From an uncultured delta proteobacterium (GTDB lineage: Bacteria > Myxococcota_A > Polyangia > Polyangiales > JAFGIB01), in NCBI GenBank assembly GCA_963778655.1, contig CAVZVA010000010.1, forward strand, positions 1,056,001 through 1,120,000: a stretch of 64,000 bases of DNA, given 5' to 3'. How positions within the stretch are numbered: the stretch's first letter is position 1; every line of letters begins with the position of its first letter. The translations under genes and the position numbers were made by a program. The notes beneath the pieces were generated by a model. It searched no databases and had not been told where the DNA came from. It saw only the letters and a program-made list of their open reading frames with translations. Shown here piece by piece: positions 9,128-17,571 of this stretch.

Positions 9128-11704
9128 CTACGGCCTAGCCAGCACCAGCTGCATCATCTCTCGGGCGACCATCGGCCCCGCGTTCTGGTTCTGGCCGGTG
9201 ACGAGGTTGCCGTCGACCACCCAGTGATTCGCGAGCGGGTCGCGCAAGCGCGTGGCCGACTCGAAGCGCGCGCCCATCCGGCGCAGCTCGGTCTCGGGGT
9301 GGTGGGGCGTCGACTCGATGCCCAGCTCGCGCACCTGCTTGTCGGTCACCGCGGTCACGCGCCGGCCTTCCAGCAGCGGGCGTCCGTCCGGGGTGAGGGC
9401 GTTGCGAAGGCCGAGCGGGCCGTGACATACGCCGCCGAGGATTGTGCCGAGCGCGTTGGCCTCGGTGATCTTGCGCGCCAGCGCCTCCGAGAAACCGAAG
9501 TCGAAGGCCGCGCCCCAGCCGCCCGCGAGGTACACCAGGTCGTAGTCGCGCACGTCGAGCGTGCCCACGTCGAGCGAGCCTGCCAGCTTGCCGCGCAGCA
9601 CCGCGTCGGCCAGGAAGCGATCGTCGGCGTCGGTGCGCACCACCGGCCGCAGCGACAACGGGTCCACCGGAATGACGCCGCCTGCGGGGCTGGCCAGGTC
9701 GACCGCCATGCCGGCGTCGAGGAACGCGTAATAGGGTACGGTCATCTCCGAGGCGAACACGCCCGTGGGCTTGCCGATGTCGAGCACGCCGTGGTTGGTG
9801 CAGACGATCAGCGCGCGGCGGCCGCGCAGGTCGAACAACGCGCCGGAGCGATCGGCAGGGTGCAGACCGAGCCGCTGCAACCCCTTGCGTAGCAGGCGCG
9901 CCGGCAGCCGCGGCCGCGCCTGCGCGCGCGGCGGCCCGGCGTGCGCTCGCCGCGCGGCGTAGGGCCACGGGTGGTTGCGCGCGGGCACCAGCCGCACCCG
10001 CTCTTCGCGCAGACGTTGCTGCAGCCAAGCCAGCACCGCCGCGTGCTCGGGATCGCGCGCGCGGTTGTGGGCTTCGAGCGGATCGGCGTCGAGGTCGTAG
10101 AGCTCCCAGGCGTCGGCCAGCGGCGTGCTGCGGTACAGGTCGCCACCGGGCCCGCGCGCGGCGAGCTGGCGCACGCCCGGCTCGGTCCAGGTCGCAGGAT
10201 CATCGAAGCTGCGCACCAGCTTCCACAGGTGACCGCTCCCGCCTGCGGCGTCCGCCCCTGGCACCACGGCCACCAGACCCTCGAAGTTGGCGCCGACGTG
10301 CGCCAGCGTCTGGATCCGCAGCGGTGCCGGAGGGCGCTGCGTGAGCCCTAGTTGGCGCGCCAGGCGCGAGGCCCCGCTGTCGCCTTCGAGCACGTTGTCG
10401 CGCGTCATCATGTACACGGCGCGGCCGGTGCTCGGCGGCTCGCCCTGCTCGACCAGCGGCATCAGGTCTCGCCCGGGCAGCGGGTGCAGCTCGCTGAACG
10501 ACGGCTGCAGCCGCGCGGCCAGCTCGGCCTGGCTCAAGCCCGCGGCCGACAGCAGCGTGGGCAGCACATCCACGTGCGAGCTGGGCGTGCGGGTGATGGT
10601 CGCAGCGGTGGTGAGCTTGTCCCCGATGCGCACCAGGTTGAACGGCACGCGCGCCGCCTCATCGTATAAGTTGAACCACTTCTGGTGCAGCCCGCCGTGG
10701 GCGCCCAGCAGCTCGCCGTGGTCGGAGCTGAGCACCAGCAGCGCGTGCTCCGAGCCGTGCTCGGTGACCGCGCGGCGCACCTGATCGATCGGGCCGTCGA
10801 CCTCGGCGTGCAGCCGGTAGTACAGGTCGCGGTAGGCTTGTTCGTTGCGCGCGTACAGCCGCGCCACCGCGCGCTCGGGCCCGTAGGCCGAGTAGTAGGC
10901 GTCGCGATAGGCGAGCTGCGCGGCGGGCTTGCTCTTGAGGTCCTCGTGGCGCGTGGGCGGCGCGGGCACGTGCGGCGGGTCGAGCCGCGAGGGCCCCAGC
11001 GGCTTCCAGCGCAGCCACGCCGGAAACAGCACGATGTCGTGCGGGTTGACGAAGCTCGCCACTAGCAGAAACGGCCGCAGCGCGTCTTCGTCGCCCGCTG
11101 CGCGGCGCGCGTAGCGATGCTGAAGCCACGCGACCACGCGCTCGGCCAGCAGCGGATCGCGGCGCACGCCCGCGTTGGAGAGCTTGGGGCCGTGCGGTTC
11201 GGGCCCGACCCAACCGGAGAACCCGTAGGCGTCGAGCGGGTCGGCGTCGAGATAGGCTTGTACGGCCCGCGCGATCACGGTGCCGTCGCCGGTGTTGGTG
11301 TCGAGCGACTCCCCGGTCGTGGGATCCTTCAGGTCCGCCTGGCTCAGGTGCCACTTGCCGTCGTAGTGCGTGTCGTAGCCGGCGGCGCGAAAGAAGTGCC
11401 CGAGCGTCGGCACCTCCCCCTTGCGCAGCCAGCGCATGCGCGAATCGTCGGCCGCTTTGCCCAGCCCGTCGGTCTGCGTGACGCCGTGCACGTCCGGATA
11501 CTGGCCGGTGAAGAGCGTGGGCCGGCTCGGCGCACACGCGAGCGAGCCGGTGTAGTGGCGCTCGAAGGACACGCCGTTCTGCGCGAACCAGCGCCGCCCG
11601 CCCAGGGTCGCGTCGCGCCAGCGAGCCAGCGCCTGACTTTCGTAGGGCGGGATCGCGCGCTCCTCGTCGGTGAGGATGATGACGATATCCGGCCGCAGCG
11701 TCAT
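9128..11704 (-). CDS. Formylglycine-type sulfatase fused to a C-terminal DJ-1/PfpI (GATase1-like) domain
   Basis: Starts MTLRPDIVIILTDEER. Sulfatase motifs CAPSRPTLFTG, GKWHL, NPHD, SDHG and HQKW. C-terminal domain has GVFASEMTVPY, YLAGGWG, GGVCHGP and VTGQNQ. ATGA overlap with the upstream gene. Confidence 0.9.
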   Translation of the reverse strand: MTLRPDIVIILTDEERAIPPYESQALARWRDATLGGRRWFAQNGVSFERHYTGSLACAPSRPTLFTGQYPDVHGVTQTDGLGKAADDSRMRWLRKGEVPTLGHFFRAAGYDTHYDGKWHLSQADLKDPTTGESLDTNTGDGTVIARAVQAYLDADPLDAYGFSGWVGPEPHGPKLSNAGVRRDPLLAERVVAWLQHRYARRAAGDEDALRPFLLVASFVNPHDIVLFPAWLRWKPLGPSRLDPPHVPAPPTRHEDLKSKPAAQLAYRDAYYSAYGPERAVARLYARNEQAYRDLYYRLHAEVDGPIDQVRRAVTEHGSEHALLVLSSDHGELLGAHGGLHQKWFNLYDEAARVPFNLVRIGDKLTTAATITRTPSSHVDVLPTLLSAAGLSQAELAARLQPSFSELHPLPGRDLMPLVEQGEPPSTGRAVYMMTRDNVLEGDSGASRLARQLGLTQRPPAPLRIQTLAHVGANFEGLVAVVPGADAAGGSGHLWKLVRSFDDPATWTEPGVRQLAARGPGGDLYRSTPLADAWELYDLDADPLEAHNRARDPEHAAVLAWLQQRLREERVRLVPARNHPWPYAARRAHAGPPRAQARPRLPARLLRKGLQRLGLHPADRSGALFDLRGRRALIVCTNHGVLDIGKPTGVFASEMTVPYYAFLDAGMAVDLASPAGGVIPVDPLSLRPVVRTDADDRFLADAVLRGKLAGSLDVGTLDVRDYDLVYLAGGWGAAFDFGFSEALARKITEANALGTILGGVCHGPLGLRNALTPDGRPLLEGRRVTAVTDKQVRELGIESTPHHPETELRRMGARFESATRLRDPLANHWVVDGNLVTGQNQNAGPMVAREMMQLVLARP

Positions 11705-12168
11705 GCGCGCTCGGGCGTTCCCCCACGCCGCGCATGGTGCTCGGCAAGCCCGTCGAGCAGCTGGTCCGCCACGCGGGAAAGCACCCGCGCGAGCACCGCG
11801 GCCACCAGCCGGCCGGCCAGGCTGCGGCCGGGATCGAGGGTGCTGCTCAGCGTCGCCCGTGTGTCGCCCGCGGCCGGCGCCAGCTCCCAGCGGTTGATCA
11901 CCTCGCCCGCGATCTTGGGCAGGCCCACCAGCGAATACGCGAGCCGTACCGGCGGCTCCCACTCGGTGACGGTCTCGAGCAACGTCACACGTCCGGACTG
12001 CACCCTGCGCGTGGTGCCGGGGCCTTCGGTGGACGCGGTGGTGTACGACGCGTGGGTGATGTTCTTGGCCCAGCGGCTGATCTGATCAAAGGCAGCCAGC
12101 GTGGCGAACACCTCTTCCGGAGGCGCGGCGATGAGCCGCGAGCGGCTGACCCGTGTGAGCGCGCTCAT
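11701..12168 (-). CDS. SRPBCC/polyketide cyclase-like protein
   Basis: SRLIAAPPEEVFATLAAF, GPGTTRRV and ETVTEWEPPVRLAY are typical of START/SRPBCC folds. The stop codon overlaps the sulfatase ATG. Confidence 0.85.
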   Translation of the reverse strand: MSALTRVSRSRLIAAPPEEVFATLAAFDQISRWAKNITHASYTTASTEGPGTTRRVQSGRVTLLETVTEWEPPVRLAYSLVGLPKIAGEVINRWELAPAAGDTRATLSSTLDPGRSLAGRLVAAVLARVLSRVADQLLDGLAEHHARRGGTPERA

Positions 12169-12295
12169 GGTGACAGCGGGTAGAAGGTTCGCGGCGAGCT
12201 TGGCTTGTGCATGGCACCAACTTGTAGCATCGGGCCTGCGTGCTTCCCAGCAGGGCCGCCTGATCGCGCCCGCGAAATTTGGTGTACAACGTGCC

Positions 12296-13195
12296 ATGGG
12301 CAGCGCACCCGCCAGCTCCAGCAGCATGTCGCCGCTCACACAGGCCTGGGCGAGCTCTGGACGCCACCTCGAGGCCGCGGGCCATCGCCTGTTCGTGGTC
12401 GAGCGCGGCGCCGGGCCGGTGCTGGTGTTGGTGCACGGCTTTCCCACCTCGAGCTACGACTATCGCCAGCTGCTCGAGCGGCTGGCACCGCGCTTCCGCT
12501 GCATCGCGTTCGACTTTCCCGGCTACGGGCTCTCGGACAAGCCCGAGGCGTACAGCTACTCGCTGCTGCAGCAGGCCGATGCCATGGAGGCGCTGCTGCG
12601 CGTGCTCGGCGTGAGCGAGGCGCGCGTGCTCTGTCACGACATGGGCACGAGCGTGCTGTGCGAGCTACTCGCGCGACAGGACGAAGGCCGGCTCGGCTTC
12701 CGCCTGACACACGTCACCTTCACCAACGGCAGCATGTTGCAGTGGATGGCGGCGATCACGCCGTTTCAGAAGCTGCTCGCGGCGAACGAAACCTTGCCCG
12801 AGGCGATCGAGCTGTGCGCGGGGATCCGCGATCTGATGGTGCCCGGCCTGCGTGCGCTCACCCGCCGGCCCGATGCGATTACGCCCGACGATGAGGTCGT
12901 GATCCGCGACTTGCTGATGCACGGGGACGGTCACCTGCGTCTGCCCGCGATCGCGGGCTACATGCGCGAGCGCTACGTGCACAAGCAGCGCTGGATCGGC
13001 GCGCTCACCCGCAACGCCGGCCTGACTTCGCTGGTGTGGGCGACCGAGGACCCGATCGCGAACCTGGCCATGGGCCGCGAGCTGCACGCGCTGCTGCCGG
13101 CTGCGCCGTACGTCGAGCTCGAAGGCGTGGGGCACTTCGTGATCTTCGAGGATCCGGAGCGCGTCGCCGCGGCGGTGCTCGCCCAGGCGAGCTGA
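12296..13195 (+). CDS. Alpha/beta hydrolase, epoxide hydrolase/MEST-like
   Basis: LVHGFPTSSYDY, DFPGYGLSDKP, Asp nucleophile in CHDMG, GVGHF. Start may be 12326. Confidence 0.88.
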   Translation: MGSAPASSSSMSPLTQAWASSGRHLEAAGHRLFVVERGAGPVLVLVHGFPTSSYDYRQLLERLAPRFRCIAFDFPGYGLSDKPEAYSYSLLQQADAMEALLRVLGVSEARVLCHDMGTSVLCELLARQDEGRLGFRLTHVTFTNGSMLQWMAAITPFQKLLAANETLPEAIELCAGIRDLMVPGLRALTRRPDAITPDDEVVIRDLLMHGDGHLRLPAIAGYMRERYVHKQRWIGALTRNAGLTSLVWATEDPIANLAMGRELHALLPAAPYVELEGVGHFVIFEDPERVAAAVLAQAS

Positions 13196-13295
13196 GCGCG
13201 CTGGCCCGGGCCCGGTGCGGGGTCGCCAAAGAGACGGCGAAGGGGCGCTTGCCGTCCACCCGGCCTGGGTCAAAACCGGCCCTGCTTCGTCGCGG

Positions 13296-14207
13296 CTACG
13301 GTAGCTTGCCGCCTTCGTACAGCCAGCGCAGCGCGGCCTCGTCGCTGACGATGCGCGAGCCGAATGCGCGCAGGTCCGCGGCGATCTCGGCGGTCATGCC
13401 GTCTTCGTGCGCCGCGCCGGCCTTGCCCTTGCGAACCATCCCACCCGACTCGAGCAGCGGCACCGAGGTGAAGGGATGGTTCTCGAACTTGATTTCGTGC
13501 TCCTTCATCCACTTGAAGGACGCGTAGGCCTCGATCTTGGCCCACTGGGACGCGCCGGGCTCGATGCCCAGAAAGCCGGCGACCTTGCGCAGCGAGCCCA
13601 CCAAGTCCTTCTTCATGTCGGCGAAGTGCATGAGCAGGACGTTGGGCTCGTGGCGTAGCGGCCACCACGACGCGAGGAAGCCGAACAGCGCTCCCTGCAT
13701 CCCCCGGGGCTCGAGCACCTCGCGATAGAAGCTCGGGAAGTCCGGGCGCGTCATCGCGGCCTTGGGCACTTGCCACATGGCGTAGAACGCATCGGTGTGC
13801 TTTTCGAGGAAGAGCTTGAGCGAGACCAGCGCTTCCTCGGGGTTGCGTGACACCGCGATGTACTTGACGTCCTTGCCGCTTCCTGCCTTGATGAACGGCA
13901 GCTGCGGTGGCGCCGAGTGGCTCTTGAAGGCGCGGCGCGTGCCGGCGGGCATCGCCTCAAGGCGCGCCAGCACCTCCTGTTGCGGCTGGCCCGGGCGTTC
14001 CACGAATTCCGGCCACGGCACCACCCGATAGATGCTGTCGAAGTCAGGGTCGCCTCCGGTCAGCAGCTGGTGCACGATGTTCATCATCCAGTTGGTGCCG
14101 CTCTTGACCGGCACCGAGATCCAGATGTCGCCGTCGCGGGCGACCACGCCGTGCTGCCACTCGGGATTGATCCACGGGGGCATGCCCCCAGCTGGCGGTC
14201 CACTCAT
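13296..14207 (-). CDS. PAPS-dependent sulfotransferase (Sulfotransfer_1-like)
   Basis: GDIWISVPVKSGTNW (5'-PSB loop), FKSH, SRNPEEALVS (3'-PB), VRKGKAG. GGGAG RBS upstream of ATG 14207. Confidence 0.88.
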   Translation of the reverse strand: MSGPPAGGMPPWINPEWQHGVVARDGDIWISVPVKSGTNWMMNIVHQLLTGGDPDFDSIYRVVPWPEFVERPGQPQQEVLARLEAMPAGTRRAFKSHSAPPQLPFIKAGSGKDVKYIAVSRNPEEALVSLKLFLEKHTDAFYAMWQVPKAAMTRPDFPSFYREVLEPRGMQGALFGFLASWWPLRHEPNVLLMHFADMKKDLVGSLRKVAGFLGIEPGASQWAKIEAYASFKWMKEHEIKFENHPFTSVPLLESGGMVRKGKAGAAHEDGMTAEIAADLRAFGSRIVSDEAALRWLYEGGKLP

Positions 14208-14461
14208 CGTCTTGCTCCCTTCGTATGGCCGGCTCCAGGCGCCGGAGCTGCTCATGATCGAGCACACCACCGCCAGCGGCAAGGGAGCACGTAGTATTGC
14301 CCCGGCCGCCATGTGGCAAGGCGCTGCCGGGCGGCGATGCGGGCGCCCGCTGCGCAGTGAGTTGCCGGCCGCGCGCTTCTCGGCCGCCGGCTGCGGCTGC
14401 TGCGGGCGGCGGATTCACATCGCGCGGGTCAGGCGGGCGGGCTGTGGTAGGCTCTGGCGCC

Positions 14462-15565
14462 GTGTCAGGCCGCCCGCATCGAGCCCGCCCGCAGATCGTG
14501 CTGGTCGTCCCGTTTGTGCTGGCGGCCGCGGCTGCCGCGGCCCCGGCCCGGGCTCAGAGCGACAATCAGGCCCGGGCCGAGGCCAAGACCGCATTCGAGC
14601 ACGGGGTGGCCGACTACGAGGCGGGTCGCTACGAGCAAGCGCTGCAGAGCTTCCAGGAGGCCTACCGCTTGCGGCCACACCCGCTGGTCAACGTCAACAT
14701 CGCCAACTGCTACGACAAGCTGAACAAGCCAGTGCAGGCGCTCTCCCACTTCCAGCAGTTCCTGAGCTCGGACATCGGCACGCCCGAGCAACGCAACGAG
14801 GTGACCACCGCGGTCGCCCGGCTCAAGCAACAGGTCGGCGAAATCCTGCTTCGCATCAGCCCCGAGGGCGCCACGGTGGTGATAGACCAAGGCGAAGCGC
14901 GGCAAGCGCCCCTGACCGAGCCGGTCGAGCTGGAGGCGGGCAAGCACACGATCGAGGTGCGCTTGCAGGGCTATCGCGGCGCCGAGCGCATGCTCTTCAT
15001 CAAGGGCGGCACCACGCTCGAGCTCACGATCGCGCTTCAGCCCGAGGCCGGCACCGAGGCCGCGCCCGTGGCCGCTGCCGAGGCCGCGCAGCCGGAAGCC
15101 CAGAGCCCGCCGGTGCCCGCGCCTGCCCCGCTTGAGCCCGAAGCCGCGCCGCCCAGCGAGGCCGCCGCCGCGCCCGCCGCCGCGCACGGCCGCCCGGTGC
15201 CGATCGGCGTGTGGGTGACCGGAGGCCTGGCGGTCGTGCTCACCGCCACCGCGGTGGTGACCGGCTCGCTGGCGCTCAAGGCCAACAGCGACTTCCAAAC
15301 CCAGCGCACTGGCCGCTTCGATCCCAACGCGACCGCCCTGGAGCGCATCGTCAGCTTCAACAACGCCCAGGATGCGGCCTCGCGCGCGCGCGCCCTGGCG
15401 CTGACGACCGACATCCTGCTGGCCGGCGCCGCGGTCTGCGGTGCGGTCACCGTGGTGCTGCTGGTCAACCGCGCCCATTCCGGCGAGGCCGACACGCCGG
15501 CCGCCCGCCTGAGCCCGATGCTCGGCCGCGACGGCGGCGGTCTGGCGCTTCACGCGCAGTTCTAG
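14462..15565 (+). CDS. TPR + PEGA domain exported/membrane protein
   Basis: Signal peptide (APARAQ), TPR helices (AFEHGVADYEAGRYEQALQSFQEAYRL), PEGA (SPEGATVVID…LEAGKHTIEVRLQGY), hydrophobic C-terminus. Start uncertain. Confidence 0.85.
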   Translation: MSGRPHRARPQIVLVVPFVLAAAAAAAPARAQSDNQARAEAKTAFEHGVADYEAGRYEQALQSFQEAYRLRPHPLVNVNIANCYDKLNKPVQALSHFQQFLSSDIGTPEQRNEVTTAVARLKQQVGEILLRISPEGATVVIDQGEARQAPLTEPVELEAGKHTIEVRLQGYRGAERMLFIKGGTTLELTIALQPEAGTEAAPVAAAEAAQPEAQSPPVPAPAPLEPEAAPPSEAAAAPAAAHGRPVPIGVWVTGGLAVVLTATAVVTGSLALKANSDFQTQRTGRFDPNATALERIVSFNNAQDAASRARALALTTDILLAGAAVCGAVTVVLLVNRAHSGEADTPAARLSPMLGRDGGGLALHAQF

Positions 15566-15665
15566 CGAGGCTGCGCCCCAGACCCACGAGATCCCTGCTC
15601 TTCCCCGTCTTGCCGCCTTCCTGTGAGATCCGATCGGCGCCGCGGCTCACCCGGCGCGCTCGGGC

Positions 15666-16991
15666 TCACAGGCCGAATTCGCCTTGCTCCAGGAGCTCGA
15701 CGACGCGGTGCAGGAAGCCGTTGGCCGCTACCCCGTCGACCACGCGGTGGTCGTACGACAGCGCCATGTACATCACCGGATGGATCGCCATCATGTCCTC
15801 GCCGTCGTGCTCGACCACAACCACGCGCTTCTTGATCTCACCGACGCGCAGAATGCCGACGTTGGGTTGCGAGATGATCGCACCGCCGACCATGTTGCCC
15901 AGACGGCCGGGGTTGCTGATGGTGAAGGTCTTGCTCGCCAGGTCGTCGGGGCTGAGCGTGCCTTCGCGCGCCTTGAGCGCGAGCGCATCGATCGCGCGCG
16001 CCAGCCCGCGCACGGTCAGCTCGTCGGCGTGGCGCACCACCGGGACCACCAGCCCATCCTCGGTGTCCACCGCGATGCCGAGGTTGATCTCGCTGATCAA
16101 CACGTACGAGTCCTCGAGCATGCGCGCATTCATCACGCGGTGCTCGTGCAGCGCCCGCGTGGTGGCCGACGCCACGAAGGCCAGCATGGTGAGGTTCACA
16201 CCTTCGGCCTTGAGCCGGTCCTTGTTTGCGCGGCGCAACTTGTCGGTGTTGTGCAGATCGCACTCGGCGAAGGTGACGACGTGTGGCGCCGTCAGCTTCG
16301 AGTACACCATGTGATCGGCGATGATGCGCCGTCGCCGCGAGAGCGGCACCACCTCGTCGCCCGGACGCGGCACGTACGGCGGCAGCCGAAATGCGCCCGA
16401 GGGGGCCGCGGCGGCTTGCGCTGGGGGGGACGGCGGCTGCCGCGCGGGTGCCGGCGTGGTAGGGGGTCGGGGCTCGGAGCTGCGCGGCACGGCCGCCCGC
16501 AGCACGTCGTCGCGCGTCACCCGCCCGCCGTCGCCGCTGCCCTCGAGCTGTTGCAGGTCCACGCCCTGCTCGCGCGCGAGCTTGCGCACCGAGGGCGAGG
16601 ACGGCGGCGGCGCCGACGAGGACGCGCTCGGCTTGCGGCCGTTGCCCGGTACGGCCGAGGCCACCTGGGCCGTGCTCGCTGTGCTCGCCGCGCCCCGCGC
16701 GCTCGCGCGTGGCGCCGGGGGCCGTTCGGCCGCAGCCTCCGACCGCGCGGCCGCCTCGCCCAGCTCGCACAGCGCGCCTCCGACCGCGATCGTGTCGCCC
16801 TCGGCGGCGAGGATCTTTGTGACCACGCCGGCTTCCGGCGCCGGCACCTCGCTGTCCGCCTTGTCCGTCAGGATCTCCACCAGCGGTTGGTCCCGCTCAA
16901 TCTGCTGGCCTACTTGCACCAGCCACTTGCCGACCGTGCCCTCGACAACGCTTTCGCCGAGCGACGGCATCCGGACCGTGGTGCTTGACAT
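15666..16991 (-). CDS. 2-oxoacid dehydrogenase E2 dihydrolipoamide acyltransferase
   Basis: Lipoyl domain MPSLGESVVEGT…TDKAD, E3-binding SPSVRKLARE…GRVTRDDV, catalytic LSYDHRVVDG. AGGAG RBS. Confidence 0.95.
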   Translation of the reverse strand: MSSTTVRMPSLGESVVEGTVGKWLVQVGQQIERDQPLVEILTDKADSEVPAPEAGVVTKILAAEGDTIAVGGALCELGEAAARSEAAAERPPAPRASARGAASTASTAQVASAVPGNGRKPSASSSAPPPSSPSVRKLAREQGVDLQQLEGSGDGGRVTRDDVLRAAVPRSSEPRPPTTPAPARQPPSPPAQAAAAPSGAFRLPPYVPRPGDEVVPLSRRRRIIADHMVYSKLTAPHVVTFAECDLHNTDKLRRANKDRLKAEGVNLTMLAFVASATTRALHEHRVMNARMLEDSYVLISEINLGIAVDTEDGLVVPVVRHADELTVRGLARAIDALALKAREGTLSPDDLASKTFTISNPGRLGNMVGGAIISQPNVGILRVGEIKKRVVVVEHDGEDMMAIHPVMYMALSYDHRVVDGVAANGFLHRVVELLEQGEFGL

Positions 16992-17223
16992 CGGGCTCCT
17001 CCGCGGCAGTGGGTGGGATCTGTACCGCCCCTGGGCCCCGGTGTGCAACAAGCCGGATCGGTTGCGCGCCTCGGACGCGGCGGCCATGCTTGCCGCGGAC
17101 GCGCGCGCGTCCGCCGGCCGTGCGCGCCTGCCGCCCCGTGCCTTGCGGGGTCACGCCTCGAAACAATCGCGCCGCGTGTTCGCGCGGGCGCCCGACCCGC
17201 GAAACGGGTACGCTGGCGTTGCC

Positions 17224-17427
17224 GTGGCCGACCTCGAAGAGCTAGCCGTCAAACGCGATCGGGGCTACCTCGTTCGCCTGATCGTGTTTCTCGCGCTGAG
17301 CGTGCTGGCATCGGTGTTCATCTGGAAGGGCCTGACTGGCGAGGGCACTTCGGGCTGTGTGGCCAACGCGTTTCTCGGTCAACAGCCGGCGCCTGCCACG
17401 CCGGGACCGCGGCCCAGTCAGCCCTGA
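17224..17427 (+). CDS. Small single-pass membrane protein (67 aa)
   Basis: GTG-started frame VADLEELAVKRDRGYLVRLIVFLALSVLASVFIWKGL… with one TM helix and host-like codons. Confidence 0.6.
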   Translation: MADLEELAVKRDRGYLVRLIVFLALSVLASVFIWKGLTGEGTSGCVANAFLGQQPAPATPGPRPSQP

Positions 17428-17571
17428 GTCGGGTCGCGCACGGGCTTGCGCCAGCCGTACGAGGTATCCCGCGTTACGTCGCCTCCGTTCATGCGCGCAC
17501 CGTGTGCGCAGGGTGAGAGCCGGCGTCCGGCTGTTGCCACGGCCCGGCCCGGCCCTTCATCATCTAGAGGC

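Noticed and set aside
15666..16991. Assigning sucB, pdhC or bkdB to the E2 gene
   Set aside because: No E1 or E3 neighbours, and specificity cannot be read from the motifs by eye.
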